Source: Octopus vulgaris
Taxonomy: Eukaryota
DNA length: 64,000 bases
Assembly: GCA_951406725.2 (NCBI GenBank)
Contig: OX597821.1
Location: forward strand, 87,730,001 to 87,794,000
Direction: 5' to 3'
The number at the start of each line of letters is the position of its first letter. The first letter of the stretch is position 1. The notes under the pieces are model-generated. The model saw nothing but the letters and a program-made list of their open reading frames with translations. It was not told where the DNA came from and made no database searches. Shown here piece by piece: positions 12,061-25,511 of this stretch. Made by a program: the position numbers and the translations under genes.

Positions 12061-12354
12061 TTTATGCATACATCTGCATGAATGCATATAAGTGCATCTA
12101 TGTTTGTACTTATGTAAATATACTAAAGTGCAAATGTCTTTGTCTAAGTATGCATATATGTGTGTATGAATATATGCAGGAATATATGTATGCATGTATT
12201 GCTATCTTGCCAATAGCTTCTCTTTATTTCTCGCTTTTTCAAATTGTCAGTGTGTCAGTCTCTATTTAGTTTTGGCTTTCCTTTAGATATTTTTTGTAAT
12301 CGCAGTAGCTATCTATCTATCTGTCTCTCTGTTTATGTATGTATGTGTGTCTGC

Positions 12355-12417
<63 letters not shown>

Positions 12418-12418
12418 C

Positions 12419-12455
<37 letters not shown>

Positions 12456-13213
12456 AAGCTAGCTAGCTATCGCATTCTCTGGTTGTTAATTAATCAAGTA
12501 AATTGCTCACGGTCGTCGACTTGCCAGAAATAACAGCCAAGTCACACTCATATTTCACCTACCGTCTCTTCAAATAAGGAAAAAACCCATTATATCAAGT
12601 ACTTCTGGGTAAACAAACAGACAACATAGTCACAACTCAATGTTATTGACCAAAAGTCTACTGGATAAATGCTGATTTAGGACTTTCTTCCTCTGTACCC
12701 TCCTTATCTCTACCCCTTCTCTCTCTCTCTATGTATATATATATATATTCCTAGTTCTCTCGTTTTCTCTCACATCAATTTCATCTCCCTACAATCTCCA
12801 GTTCTTGTTATCTTTTATTGACAGTTTGATTGTCTTTTTGTCCATTTGACTGCGTCTGTCTGACTGTCTGTCTGTCTCTGTCTGTCTTTCTCATCTCTCT
12901 CTCTCTCTCTCTTTCCCTTGTTCTCTTTTCTTAACCTCCTCCACGCTCTTTCGTCATTTTAATATTTCCATAATTTCTAAACAAATTTCCCCCCTCATCC
13001 ATCTATGACATGCCAACGCCCTCATATATAATAGACACGAGAGCAACCCTCTACCAACCAAGCTGTCAATTAGCGGACATAACTTCTGCAACACCTCCAT
13101 CTCCATTGTCCCTATTTCAAGCAAAACATACACACACACATACACACACACATACACACACATACATATAAACATAAACGCACCCATTGCTTTCCCCAGA
13201 ACTACTCTCCATC

Positions 13214-13299
13214 GTCACTACTACTACTACTACAACTACTACTACTACTGCTACTACTGCTGCTGCTGCTGTTACTACTACTACTACTACTACTACTAT

Positions 13300-13336
<37 letters not shown>

Positions 13337-13700
13337 GCTACTACTACTACAATGATCACCTCACCCCTTTACAACAATAACACTACCACCGAGGCCACCA
13401 TGACCACCACCACGACCACCAACCAGTAGCAACAATGCGGTTGCACGAATAACCCCCACCCCACCCCCACCACAACCACCAGCATCATCACCATCACTAT
13501 CACCCCTACCATCACTACCACCACCACCACCACCACAGCCACTACACCAACACCACCACAACACCGCCGCACCCAATATCACTACCACCACCACCACCAC
13601 CAACAGCCACTACACCAGCACCACCAGTACCACCCCACCCCACGACCACTACCACCACCCACCACCCACTACCCCCACCGCTGCCGTCACCCTTACCATC
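13214..13700. repeat. (CTA)n/(CCA)n trinucleotide low-complexity tract
   Basis: Directly visible. Confidence 0.95.
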
Positions 13701-14432
13701 AGGAATGCCTCCAGCTTTATCATCACTGACACCCCCCTGTCCTATGACTTTCTCGAAGACATCACAATATCTTCACCCCTGTCACGAACAGCCTGCTCAT
13801 CACCACTCCAACACTAGCACCGTTACTACCGCCTCAGCTACTTCAATCACAATAAAACTCTCCACTAGGTCAGTAGAGTCCCATCAGCAATCTTTACCTC
13901 AAATATTGCAAAGCTAAGCCAAACTTAACCACATCATCTGATCCCTGCCCTCTGCTCAGTCTGTCACCTATCTTGGCTGCAATACATTATTTCACAAGTC
14001 AATAGAGAGAGAGGAAGAGAGAGAAAAGGAGAGAGAGAGAGAAGGAGAGAAAAAACTGAGTGAGTGAATGAGTAAGAGTGAGGAAAGATGAGATGATACA
14101 TGCCCATACTTTCTCTCTTAAGGACACACGTTCTATGTACACACGGCTTCTGTACACACACACACATACACACACATACGTATATGTATCTATATATACA
14201 TACACACACACACATGATATAAATATATACACATATACATATATATAAATATATACATATATACATGCACGTCCATAATAATATATATACTGTACATAAA
14301 TGTGTGTGTATATATATATATATATATATGTGTGTATACATATATACATACATACATATATATATATTGTATATATATATATGTATATATATATATATGT
14401 ATATATATATTTATACATATACTTATGTATGT

Positions 14433-14521
<89 letters not shown>

Positions 14522-15149
14522 GATAGATAGATAGATAGATATAGATATATATAGATAGATAGATAGATGCATCCCCCTATGCACCGCTATGACACATGCG
14601 TGAAACTTAAAAACACACTGAGCAATACATTCTCATATGCAAATATACGAACCTTGATAATACACTGAAATGCATGTATGCCCTGCGACAACAACTGCAC
14701 ACATAAAAGCAAATGCCGAATTTGTGTCATATGCACACATAAATATATCACATACAGATGTACGTTCATGTACACAGTCTCATATGCGTCAAAATATGAA
14801 CATTAACCTCACCAAATAACACATCACTCTCATTTGAACACGCCTCTACTATTGCTGTCATTCTATTAGCTATATTTTATTTCACTATGTGGTGTGTATA
14901 TACACATATGAAAGTACATGCATACGCATGTACACAAAAGTTCGGAAATGTATTCGTTCTATTTGATAAAAAAAACAAACAAACAAAAAAGCCTTCCAGA
15001 AAGAAGAAGGGTTATGCAAATACGACTTGGTACATAGACCAATAAGCAAACTCATATATACGCTCATATATACTCATATATACATGCACACAAGCAAAAA
15101 CTTCACAGGCACCATCCGCATAGAAATAAATAAATGCTGCCTTTTCACA

Positions 15150-15545
15150 GGCATGGCTTTCTGGTAAGAACTTTGTATCCTAACTATTTGGTTCCGGGCA
15201 CATTCCCACTGTGGACAAGTGTCCTCTACTATATCTTCGAGCCGACCAAAGCCTTGTGAGTGGATTTGGTTGACGGAAACTGAAAGAAGCCCATCGTATA
15301 TATACATATATGTATGTAAGTATGAGTGTGGGTCTGTGTCTTTGTGTCTGTGTTTGACCCTCACCACCGCATGAAAACTGGAGCTGGTGTGTTTACGTCC
15401 ACGTAACTTAGCGGTTCGGCAAAAGTGACCGATAGAATAAGTTCTAAGGCCGATTTTTTCGACTATAAAAACCCTTTAAGGCGGTGCTCCAGCATGGCCG
15501 TTGTCAAATGACTGAAACAAGCAAAAGAACAACAGAATAGAAGAA
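15150..15545 (+). mobile_element. SINE family B
   Basis: GCCGACCAAAGCCTTGTGAGTGGATTTGG...GGCGGTGCTCCAGCATGGCC...ACTGAAACAAG. Confidence 0.85.
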
Positions 15546-15655
15546 TTCTTTCAGCATGGTAAATATATACATAATTTAAACAACACACATAAAATATCAC
15601 ACGTACATTATTACACTTAAGCTACGACACACAACTTCACGTATAACATATAATC

Positions 15656-16506
15656 TTATCTACTTTAAGTACAAGGCCCGAAATTTTGGGGGAGCTGGAG
15701 AGTGCAGTCGATTAGATCGACCCCAGTACGCAACTGGTACTTAATTTATCGAACCCGAAAGAATGAAAGACAAAGTCAATGTCGGCGGAATTTGAACTCA
15801 GAACGTGAAGACCAACGAAATACCGCTAAGAATTTCGTCCGGTGTGCTAACGTTTCTTATTTCTTTACTGCCCACAAGGGGCTACACACAGAGAGGACAA
15901 ACAAAGACAGACAAACGGATTAAGTCGATTATATCGACCCCAGTGCGTAACTGATACTTATTTAATCGACCCTGAAAGGATGAAAGTTTAAGTCTACCTC
16001 GGCGGAAATTGAACTCAGAACATACCGGCAGACGAAATACCACTAAGCATTTCTGCCAGCCCACCGCCTTGCTATTATTCTTTTCTACTCTAGGCACAAG
16101 GCCTGAAATTTTTGGGGAGTTGGGGCAGTCGATTAGATTGACCCCAGTACGCAACTGGTAATTAATTTATCGACGCCGAAAGAATGAAAGACAAAGTCGA
16201 TCTCGGCGGAATTTGAACTCAGAACGTAAAGACAAACGAAATACCTATTTCTTTACTACCCACAAAGGGCTAAACATAGAGAGGACAAACAAGGACAGAC
16301 AAACGGATTAAGTCGATTATATCGACCCCAGTGCGTAACTGGTACTTATCTAATCGACCCCGAAAGGATGAAAGGCAAAGTCGACCTCAGCGGAATTTGA
16401 ACTCAGGACGTAACGGCAGACAAAATTCCACTAAGCATTTCGCCAGGCGTGTTAACGATTCAGCTAGCTCGCTGCCTTTTCTACTCTAGGCACAAGGCCC
16501 GAAATT
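15656..16506 (-). mobile_element. Cluster of at least four nested or tandem SINE family A bodies
   Basis: Repeated ATCGACCCCAGT..GCAACTGGTAC..GAATTTGAACTCAGAAC units, alternating both tail types. Confidence 0.85.
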
Positions 16507-16533
16507 TTATATATATATAATATATATATATAA

Positions 16534-16577
<44 letters not shown>

Positions 16578-17170
16578 TATGTGCATACATATACAAATAT
16601 ATTCATACATAGATACTCACACACTTTCGTTTCTAACGAATAGGAAAGAAGTTACTCAGCGCCAAAGTTTAAAGGTTTATTCAAGCTGATCCATTGGTCG
16701 TTACTCTGCTGTTTCTCCAGCATGTGGGCATTTCTGTAGACCCGAAAATACTAGCTGCAAGATAGACATATATCACTGTAATGGCAGAGAAACTAGGTAA
16801 ATACGATTTGTTGACATAGTATGAAGAGAAAGAAAGCAAGCAACATCAGGAGAAATTAAACACATACACACAAATACGCACATGCGCGCACACATATACA
16901 ATATGAAATACACACACAGAATGTAAGAGCGCATCCTTTGATAAAGGACTGATGAAATGGTCCTTCTAATGTAATCATCTGCAACCATAATGTAGCTTTT
17001 CACATGAAATGTACGGGAAATGGGGATAGAAAGAGAGTGCTACTGAAACGATTGTAACTAATGTGATAAATTTATTCTTCGTCTTCATATTTGAATAACT
17101 TTATCTCTTTTTCTCTCCTTTCCACCAACCGTCTAACTTTCTTTCTTCTGATGAAGGATACTAATGTTTG

Positions 17171-17561
17171 TGTGGAGGCGCAATGGCCCAGTGGTTAGGG
17201 CAGCGGACTCGCGGTCATACGATCGCGGTTTCGATTCCCATACCGGGCGTTGTGAGTGTTTATTGAGCGAAAACACCTAAAAGCTCCACGAGGCTCCGGC
17301 AGGGGATGGTGGTGATCCCTGCTGTACTCTTTCACCACAACTTTCTCTCACTCTTACTTCCTGTTTCTGTTGTACCTGTATTTCAAAGGGCCGGCCTTGT
17401 CACTCTCTGTGTCACGCTGAATATCCCCGAGAACTACGTTAAGGGTGCAGGTGTCTGTGGAGTGCTCAGCCACTTACACGTTATTTTCACGAGCAGGCTG
17501 TTCGGTTGATTCGGATCAACCGGAACCCTCGTCGTCGTAACCGACGGAGTGCTTCCATTCC
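17171..17561 (+). mobile_element. tRNA-derived SINE family C, full length, young
   Basis: A-box TGGCCCAGTGG, B-box GTTTCGATTCC. 12-bp TSD TACTAATGTTTG at 17159-17170 and 17562-17573. Confidence 0.92.
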
Positions 17562-17789
17562 TACTAATGTTTGAAACTTCAAAAGCTTTCTTTTTTCTTC
17601 TCAAGCGTGAAACTAATCGCTCTGGTAAATTTTGTTGTTTCGGCCGGTCCAAAAAAAAAAAAAAAGGGCTTGTGAACCCAACAAACTGAATGCGCAAGTT
17701 TCAGTCCGCTAAAATGCACCCATCCTGAAATGGACACAAGCAAACAAGACCTGCTACAGTATGCTGCTAATGCAGAAGGCTATAACAAA

Positions 17790-17920
17790 AATGCTAGTGC
17801 TCATTAATTCCGATCAAGAGCAACCAAAGAAGCCAACAAATTGAAAGACCAGCGAGCATCATGGAGGTGGCTTAACAAGGGTGACCTAAAAATGAATATT
17901 GAAAACCTATACTTATAGTG
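17790..17920 (+). pseudogene. Fragment of an R4/NeSL-like non-LTR retrotransposon (post-RT region)
   Basis: Translates ASWRWLNKGDLKMNIENL, resembling the W.WL.KG.LK.ETE motif of REL-endonuclease elements (recalled). Confidence 0.5.
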
Positions 17921-18205
17921 GTGTGTCTTTATCCCTTAAGTTGTATAATCCTGTCTGAGGAAGTACCAAAAAACCAGAGAAACTTTGGTGGCGCTGGTAG
18001 CTGTGTGGTAATAAGCTTGCATCCCAATAGCGCTGGTGGCGCTGGTAGGTACCAAGGCAGCTTAAATAAACTGTTAAACATTGACACTGAATATATTTTT
18101 TATGCCTACCCAATAGAAAAGCTTTCATGTGTGTGTGCGTGTGTGCGTGTGTGTGTGCACGTGCGTGCATGCATGCGTTTGTATGAGTGTGTGCATACGT
18201 AAGTA

Positions 18206-18622
18206 TACTCTTTACTCTCTCTTTACTCTTTTACTTGCTTCAGTCATTTGACTGCGGCCATGCTGGAGCACCACATTTAATCGAGCATCTCGACCCCGGG
18301 ACTTATTCTTTGTAAGCCCAGTACTTATTCTATCGGGTTCTTTTGCCGAACCGCTAAGTAACGGGGACATAAACACACCAGCATCGGTTGTCAAGCAATA
18401 TTAGGGGGACAAACACAGACACACAAACACACACACACACACATACATACATATATACGACAGGCTTCTTTCAGTTTCCATCTACCAAATCCACTCACAA
18501 GGCTTTGGTCGGCCCGAGGCTATAGTAGAAGACACTTGCCCAAGGTACCATGCAGTGAGACTGAACCCGGAACCATGTGGTTGGTAAGCAAGCTACTTAC
18601 CTCACAGCCACTCCTGCGCCTA
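18206..18622 (-). mobile_element. SINE family B (CORE-like), full length
   Basis: Reverse complement of 19867-20280, with an (AAGAGTA)n-type tail. Confidence 0.92.
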
Positions 18623-19184
18623 GGCATCTTTATGCATGCAAACGTTGGCAGTTAGTGTAATCACTCTTGGATTCGTAGTCGTTGTATAACATCACATTTT
18701 GAAGGTTATACTTTAGTCATCCAAGAGCATGTGGTAGTTACATAATATGTATTGGGCAAACGGTGCAATAAATCGCTTCAGCCCACAAGATGCGACCGAA
18801 AATGTCGATTCTGTCAGATTTCTAAGGAAAATGTTACGAATGCGATCAGCAGCTGTTAAAAATGTCATTGAGGTAAGCATCTTTCTTTGCCGCATGATGT
18901 CGTTGCTCCAACGATATACAATGCCATCTGTAGGAATAACGATGCTGAGATAAATATAGAAAGCATCCCTGTTGTTAAGTACGTACGTCTCAATGCAACG
19001 AATGTTAGTGGAACATTCCCTTGAAAACGTCCGCCGGATGAGATTAAAATTGTTAAGTAAAATTCTGTTAGTGTACAGAGGTCTACAGCTATGAACGTTT
19101 TGTACAATATCAATGGAAAAGAGGATATTTAGGAACTTTGAAATCTTCAGCTTCTCTATCCAGATTATGAGTTCACATTTGTGT

Positions 19185-19576
19185 CTTTTTTGGAAGCACT
19201 CCGTCGGTTACGACGATGAGGGTTCCGGTTGATCCGAATCAACGGAACAGCCTGCTCGTGAAATTAACGTGTAAGTGGCTGAGCACTCCACAGACACGTG
19301 TACCCTTAACGTAGTTCTCGGGGATATTCAGCGTGACACAGAGAGTGACAAGGCCGGCCATTTGAAATACAGGTACAACAGAAACAGGAAGTAAGAGTGA
19401 GAGAAAGTTGTGGTGAAAGAGTACAGCAGGGATCACCACCATCCCCTGCCGGAGCTGCGTGGAGCTTTAGGTGTTTTCGCTCAATAAACACTCACAACGC
19501 CCGGTCTGGGAATCGAAACCGCGATCCTATGACCGCGAGTCCGCTGCCCTAACCACTGGGCCATTGCGCCTCCACA
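19185..19576 (-). mobile_element. SINE family C, full length
   Basis: Near-identical reverse complement of 17171-17561. TSD (CACA)TTTGTGT at 19174-19184 and 19573-19583. Confidence 0.92.
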
Positions 19577-19866
19577 TTTGTGTATATTATTAGTTCACAA
19601 GATGATCGTGTTATTAAATATTTAAGTGGTAATCTCTAACAGTTTGGGCTTTATAGCAAACAAGAAAGCACCAAACACGCGCGTTGCAAATACTGCTTGT
19701 AAGCTGGAAACTTCTCAAAGTTCAACATGTACGTCTTCATGTATATTTCTATCGAAATTCCAGTAACAATGCATCCGCCTTTGCTAGAAATCATCTCAAT
19801 GCTTAAGGAATTTGAGTTCAAACTTACATGTGTAAGAGCCACAAACACAAACAAATACACACATAC

Positions 19867-20028
19867 AGGCGCAGGAGTGGCTGTGTGGTAAGTAGCTTGC
19901 TAACCAACCACATGGTTCCGGGTTCAGTCCCACTGCGTGGCATCTTGGGCAAGTGTCTTCTGCTATAGCCCCGGGCCGACCAAAGCCTTGTGAGTGGATT
20001 TGTTAGACGGAAACTGAAAGAAGCCTGT

Positions 20029-20065
<37 letters not shown>

Positions 20066-20280
20066 GTTTGTGTGTGTGTGTTTGTACCCCTAGCATTGCT
20101 TGACAACCGATGCTGGTGTGTTTACGTCCCCGTCACTTAGCAGTTCGGCAAAAGAGACCGATAGAATAAGTATTGGGCTTACAAAGAATAAGTCCCGGGG
20201 TCGATTTGCTCGACTAAAGGCGGTGGTCCAGCATGGCCGCAGTCAAATGACTGAAACATGTAAAAGAGTAAAAAGAGTAT
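19867..20280 (+). mobile_element. SINE family B (CORE-like), full length
   Basis: A-box TGGCTGTGTGG, B-box GGTTCAGTCCC, CORE-like CTTGGGCAAGTGTCTT, internal TA/TG microsatellite, AAGAGTA tail. Confidence 0.92.
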
Positions 20281-20651
20281 ACATATGCAGACGTTAACGC
20301 AATAAATGAAATAAACGGAAAAAAAAATATATTCAAAGTATTCACTCAAGAAATCCACATACATCACATCACATCACATCTTACTTACTAAGGCAAACCA
20401 CTTGATTAGAAATATTACATCCATTCTGCTGATCGTCGCTAGGCAGAAGATTTTTCGTCAGGGATGAATCCACTGGTCACTCTGAAACACAGAACATTGC
20501 AATGCTTGCAAATGAGAAAGTTATACTCTACGTATGTATCGAGTTCTTTATTTCCTACACCTCTTTTACACTATATATGTGTGTGTGTGTGTGTCTGTGT
20601 GCGTATGCATATACATGCATACATACATACATACATACATACATACATACC

Positions 20652-20743
<92 letters not shown>

Positions 20744-20989
20744 CACGCATACATACATATACTCTTATATTCATATATATGCATTATGTTTATGTATGTC
20801 TGTGCGTAGGTAAGTATAATTAAATATATATATACATATACACACACATCCATATATGCATATATAGATATCCACATATTCACCAAACATCTCTAACATC
20901 CCCACCACCACCACTACCCAATCACTAAAAAGAACAAGAACAAGAACAACACCTACAACACTACCACGAATAATTGATTCACCAACATC

Positions 20990-21400
20990 ACGTGCACCAC
21001 CACAACCACAGCAACAACTATCACCATCACTACTGCAACATTTTGCCCATCTCCTCCCTATCCCAAACACCACCACTGCCACCAGCACCACCAGCACCAC
21101 CAGCACCAGCACCACCGCCGCAACCACCACCACCACAACCATCACCACCACCACCACCACCACAACCACCACCACCACCACCACCACCACCACCACTTCC
21201 ACCACCACAACCATCACCACCACCACCACCACCACCACCACCACCACAACCACCACTGCCACCACCACCACCACCGCAACCACCACAACCATCACCACCA
21301 CCACCACCACTACTGCCACAACCACCACCACCACCACCACCACCACCACCACCACCACCACCACCACCACCACCACTGCCACCAGCATCAGCAACCAACT
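20990..21400. repeat. (CCA)n low-complexity tract
   Basis: Directly visible; source of the spurious poly-Pro, poly-Gly and poly-Val ORFs. Confidence 0.95.
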
Positions 21401-22357
21401 CTGATTGAGTTAGCAAAGATGAGAATCAACATGAAGAAAATCCTTCCTTGACCTCATTTTCCTTCTTGGGGTTTCAATGGTGGCGTGGATGGTGGTAGGT
21501 TATGTATTGGTGGTATGTTGCTATGTGTGTGTGTATGTGTGTGCGTGTGTGTGTGTAGGTGATGCAGGTAGCTAGGAATGGGGTAAATATCCCTAAGGAG
21601 GTTGCAGATTAAGGGTGCATGCGTTTGTGTGTGTATGTGTGTGTGTGTATTAAACATCCCCTAAGACTACCACCGTCACCATCATCACTCTCATCATCCT
21701 CACTATCAGCAACATCGCTACCAGCGCCACCAGCACCACCACCGCCACTGCCACCACTACCGCCACTGACGCATTCCCACCATCACCCTCACTACTTGCC
21801 CCGCCTCCATTTGCACTACCACCACCACTGTCACTTCTAGCACCGCCGTCGACTCCACCATCACCACCACCACCACAGCCTTCAACCCCATCAATTTCTT
21901 CCCAATATGGGTGGTGGTGGGAGGTGAGAGGAAGCTACACTTTTAATTAAGCTTTAATGAAAACTAATCTTAATTAAACTTGATATTCTTTTTCAAGCAT
22001 GTCTGTAATTCTATGTAAGGTTGTCTTTTTTTTTTATTTTTCTTAATTTTCTTTTGTTTTTGAGAGAAGGAGTCCACAGGGTAAACGGTAAGAAGCTGTG
22101 ATTCAGAACTAGTTTTCCAGTTTCGAGACGCGTTCGGAGATATTTCATTTTACGTACGCCAATAATGCTGGAGAGAGAGATATTAGTTAGCGGCGGAACC
22201 ACCACGTGGCTGTTCGCCTGCAATAAAGAGAAACCAAACCTCCATCATATAATACATGACTTCCTTTACATAAACAGGTTGATCACGAATGGAATGTCGT
22301 TGATATCAGGTCCAATTTGGAACTAAACAACGAAAGCAAGAGCACATGTTGAATATA

Positions 22358-22740
22358 TCTTTATATATAAAAGTGAGGTTGTGTGTCTGTCTCCTACGAT
22401 TTAGATTCCTAACTACTCCCACATTTTGCGGTGCAGTTTAACCAAAACCGGGTATCTTATAGTCGTGATTCATATCGAGCCCTTCTGGGTATTAGCGCGC
22501 GTCTACGATGAGTATACGATTTAAAAAAAAAATTACCATCAATTTTTCCCATTTTTAATGCATATATAAGGGAAGTAACTCTCTAAAAGTTTATTATTAA
22601 ATCTCAGAACGTAAAAAGCTACAGTAACCCCCCCCTTTGTGGTTAACCATATTGAGATGGCTATTATACTTTACATCTCTAAAAATGCTTAAATAGTTAT
22701 TTCTCTTACAAACCCGAGCAACGCCGGGCGATACTGCTAG
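22358..22740 (+). mobile_element. Non-autonomous Helitron-like element
   Basis: A|TCTTTATATATAAAA ... CCCGAGCAACGCCGGG hairpin ... CTAG|T. No TSD. Confidence 0.8.
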
Positions 22741-23504
22741 TTATTTTATAAATGACAGAATCTAAATCCATCCAAAACTGTAATGGAGATATTTGCATGT
22801 TGTTTAGTGGTGAGAAATAAGTGAAAGATAAATCTTCCCCTAGATAAGACACCTATACTGAGTATCAGTCCTAGACGATCTGGCACTTCAGGAAAAGGGC
22901 CATGAGCGCGGCCGGGTCTCCTCTGGCGAAGCCCTTAACATGAAATAATAAAGGCAAAATTATTAGAAAAAAATTTGATCTTCATATAAATATATGACTG
23001 CTTGCGTCATTGACAAATACTGGGTCATTGAATTTCTTTACACACTTATTCTTATCAAAAATGATAAAAAAAAGTAATTTCTATTAATTCTTCTGCGGAA
23101 CCTCGCGAAATTTCAAATGTACTCTACAGATCAGGATTTGGATAGACGGGAAAATGTCACGCAGGATATAGGACAAGTTACCTAGCATCTCAGCGAATTA
23201 GCATACGACATAATAAGTACATACTTTAGATAACTAGCGTGAATAACGTAATGTATATATAGACGAGAAACAACTAATTGTAAAGAAAACACTTACTGAT
23301 TTGCGCGAGAACTAATCGGGCTAAAATTAAATTATCCTTTCTACTGGAGGCACAAGGCCTCAAATTTGTGGGAAGGGGACTAGTCGATTACATTGACCCC
23401 CCCAGCGTTTCACTGGTACTTATTCGTCTGATAAAAGTACATCAGATACATGCATCACAACCATATGTGCGTGGCATGATGATTTCATATCAAGGTAAAT
23501 AGCG

Positions 23505-23914
23505 CATGATTACCTTCCGTTTCCTGAGCATTCGTTTTCTGTACCCACTGAAAAGCACACCGTTCACATCCACTGGGGTGCTCACTCCATAACCATCATG
23601 TTTACTCCAGTTATGTCTTGTAGCATGGCTAGCAGTTGCTGGATTACGACCGGGCCCACCCTGCGGCATCGTGGAGCACCTGCCGGGTGTGGGACCTTCA
23701 CCATTGGTTCCGGTCCCGTTCACACCGTTATCGTCATCTATTTCTCTTGACATTTTCACTCACAAATGAGGTACGTTTTTAGGTCACTACCAACTGGTAT
23801 TTTTAATCAAGACGTCCTACCATTGCACCCCTTGTTTTAAACTGAGGATGTTCCTTCTCCTAGGCTGCTTGCCACCCAAGGCTAACGAGAACAACCTACT
23901 CGGGGCACTGGTTA
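23505..23914 (-). pseudogene. 5' leader and N-terminal ORF fragment of an R4/NeSL-like retrotransposon
   Basis: ORF 23490-23759 contains RHNWSK...GYRKRML. The upstream leader TAGCCTTGGGTGGCAAGCAGCCTAGGAGAAGG is typical of non-LTR 5' UTRs (recalled). Confidence 0.6.
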
Positions 23915-24145
23915 GGCGGCGAGCTGGCAGAAACGTTAGAATGCCGGGCGAAATGCTTAGCGGTATTTCGTCTGCGTTACGTTGGGAGTTCAAATTCCGC
24001 CGAGGTCGACTTTGCCTTTCATCCTTTCGGGGTCGATAAATAAAAGTACCAGTTACGCACTGGGGACGATGTAATCGACTTAATACCTATGTCTGTCCTT
24101 GTTTGTCCCCTCTGTGTTTAGCCCCTTGTGGGTAATAAAGAAATA
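23915..24145 (+). mobile_element. SINE family A
   Basis: Full consensus. Short TSD GGTTA at 23910-23914 and 24146-24150. Confidence 0.9.
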
Positions 24146-24700
24146 GGTTATTTGAAGGCGCCAAATACTCGCCTTTTCCCGCTCTTCTCCTGCTGGTTTG
24201 GCGAAGGAGTCGGGCTTGACTGACAGAGGACAGGTCTTGCGCAAGCCACTGGCGCATTTTCTAAGTGATGGGTTCTCGGCATTGGCAGAATGGGGGGAAA
24301 AAACTAGCTCGTAGAAGAGAGAGAGAGAGGGAGAGAGAAATAGATAAAAGGAAAAGAAAAGGAAGATCAACTTGGGCAGGGAGGAAGCCATTTAACACAA
24401 GTTCAGTATAATTACATTCATATTGACAGGGAGAGTAGGGGGTCTGCTTAGGAGTGGTTATAAACATGGAAGTGAAGTCGGTAGATATTGGATATCAGGG
24501 AAGATGGTAGAGGAGTGAGTAGGGGAGCGCATCACCGCTGAGAGAAGGTACCTACTGCAGCGTTACCCACGGCCCACCTGTAAATTTAAGATTTAACTAA
24601 AGACGGAAGGAGAAGCGTTAATCTGAATCTAACGAAAAACTAGCTATGTGAATTGGTCTGCGAAAGTATGATTTCGGTTGAAGAATTTTACGATGTCTAC

Positions 24701-25100
24701 AAGGAGTGGCTGTGTGGTAAATAGCTTGTTTACCAACCACATGGTTCCGGGTTCAGTTCCACTGTGTGGCACCTTGGGCAAGTATCTTCTACTATAGCCT
24801 CGGGTCGACCAAAGCCTTGTGAGTAGATTTGGTAGACAGAAACTGAAAGAAGCCCGCCGTATATATATGTATATGTATATGTGTGTGTATATGTTTGTGT
24901 GTCTGTGTTTATCCTCCCAACATCGCTTGACAGCCGATGCTGGTGTGTTTACGTCCCTGTCACTTAGCGGTTTGGCAAAAGAGACCGATAGAATAGGTAC
25001 TGGGCTTACAAAGAATAAGTCATGGGGTCGATTTGCTCGATTAAAGGCGCTGCCCCAGCATAGCCACAGTCAAATGACTGAAACAAGTAAAAGAGTAAAA
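24701..25100 (+). mobile_element. SINE family B
   Basis: Colinear with 19867-20280. Confidence 0.9.
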
Positions 25101-25122
25101 CGGTAGTGAAGAAAGTGATAGA

Positions 25123-25163
<41 letters not shown>

Positions 25164-25284
25164 AGAGAGAGGGAGAGAGAGAAACATAGAGAGAATGGTG
25201 GTAAAAAGACAGAGGGGAAGGGAGGAGAAATACAGACTAAACTGTATTAAAAAAAATTGTAAAAGAAAATTCCCTAACATCGGA

Positions 25285-25500
25285 TTACAACAAGTAACCT
25301 TAGATGCAAAGAACCTTCCTAAGTATCCCAGCCGTCCCTAATATACCTATTTCCTCTTATCCATCTATTAAAATCTTTACGTATAGTTCCTAATGCACCT
25401 ATAGCCATAGGGATAAATTTTGCCCGCAATTTCAATAGCCTCGGTAACACAATGGCTAGGTCCTGGTACTTTACTATTTTCTCTATACTTCTATTATATT
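25285..25500 (-). pseudogene. 3' end (REL endonuclease C-terminus) of an R4/NeSL-like retrotransposon
   Basis: EKIVKYQDLAIVLPRLLKLRAKFIPMAIGALGTI, then in a shifted frame GTAGILRKVLCI*. Confidence 0.75.
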
Positions 25501-25511
25501 TTCTCATCATT

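Noticed and set aside
17171-17250. tRNA gene
   Set aside because: A and B boxes are present, but there is no proper acceptor stem and it continues into a repeated SINE body with a TSD. The same holds for the heads of families A, B and D.
20771-21416. Poly-Pro, formin or extensin-like ORF
   Set aside because: It is a (CCA)n microsatellite, with no splice or domain context.
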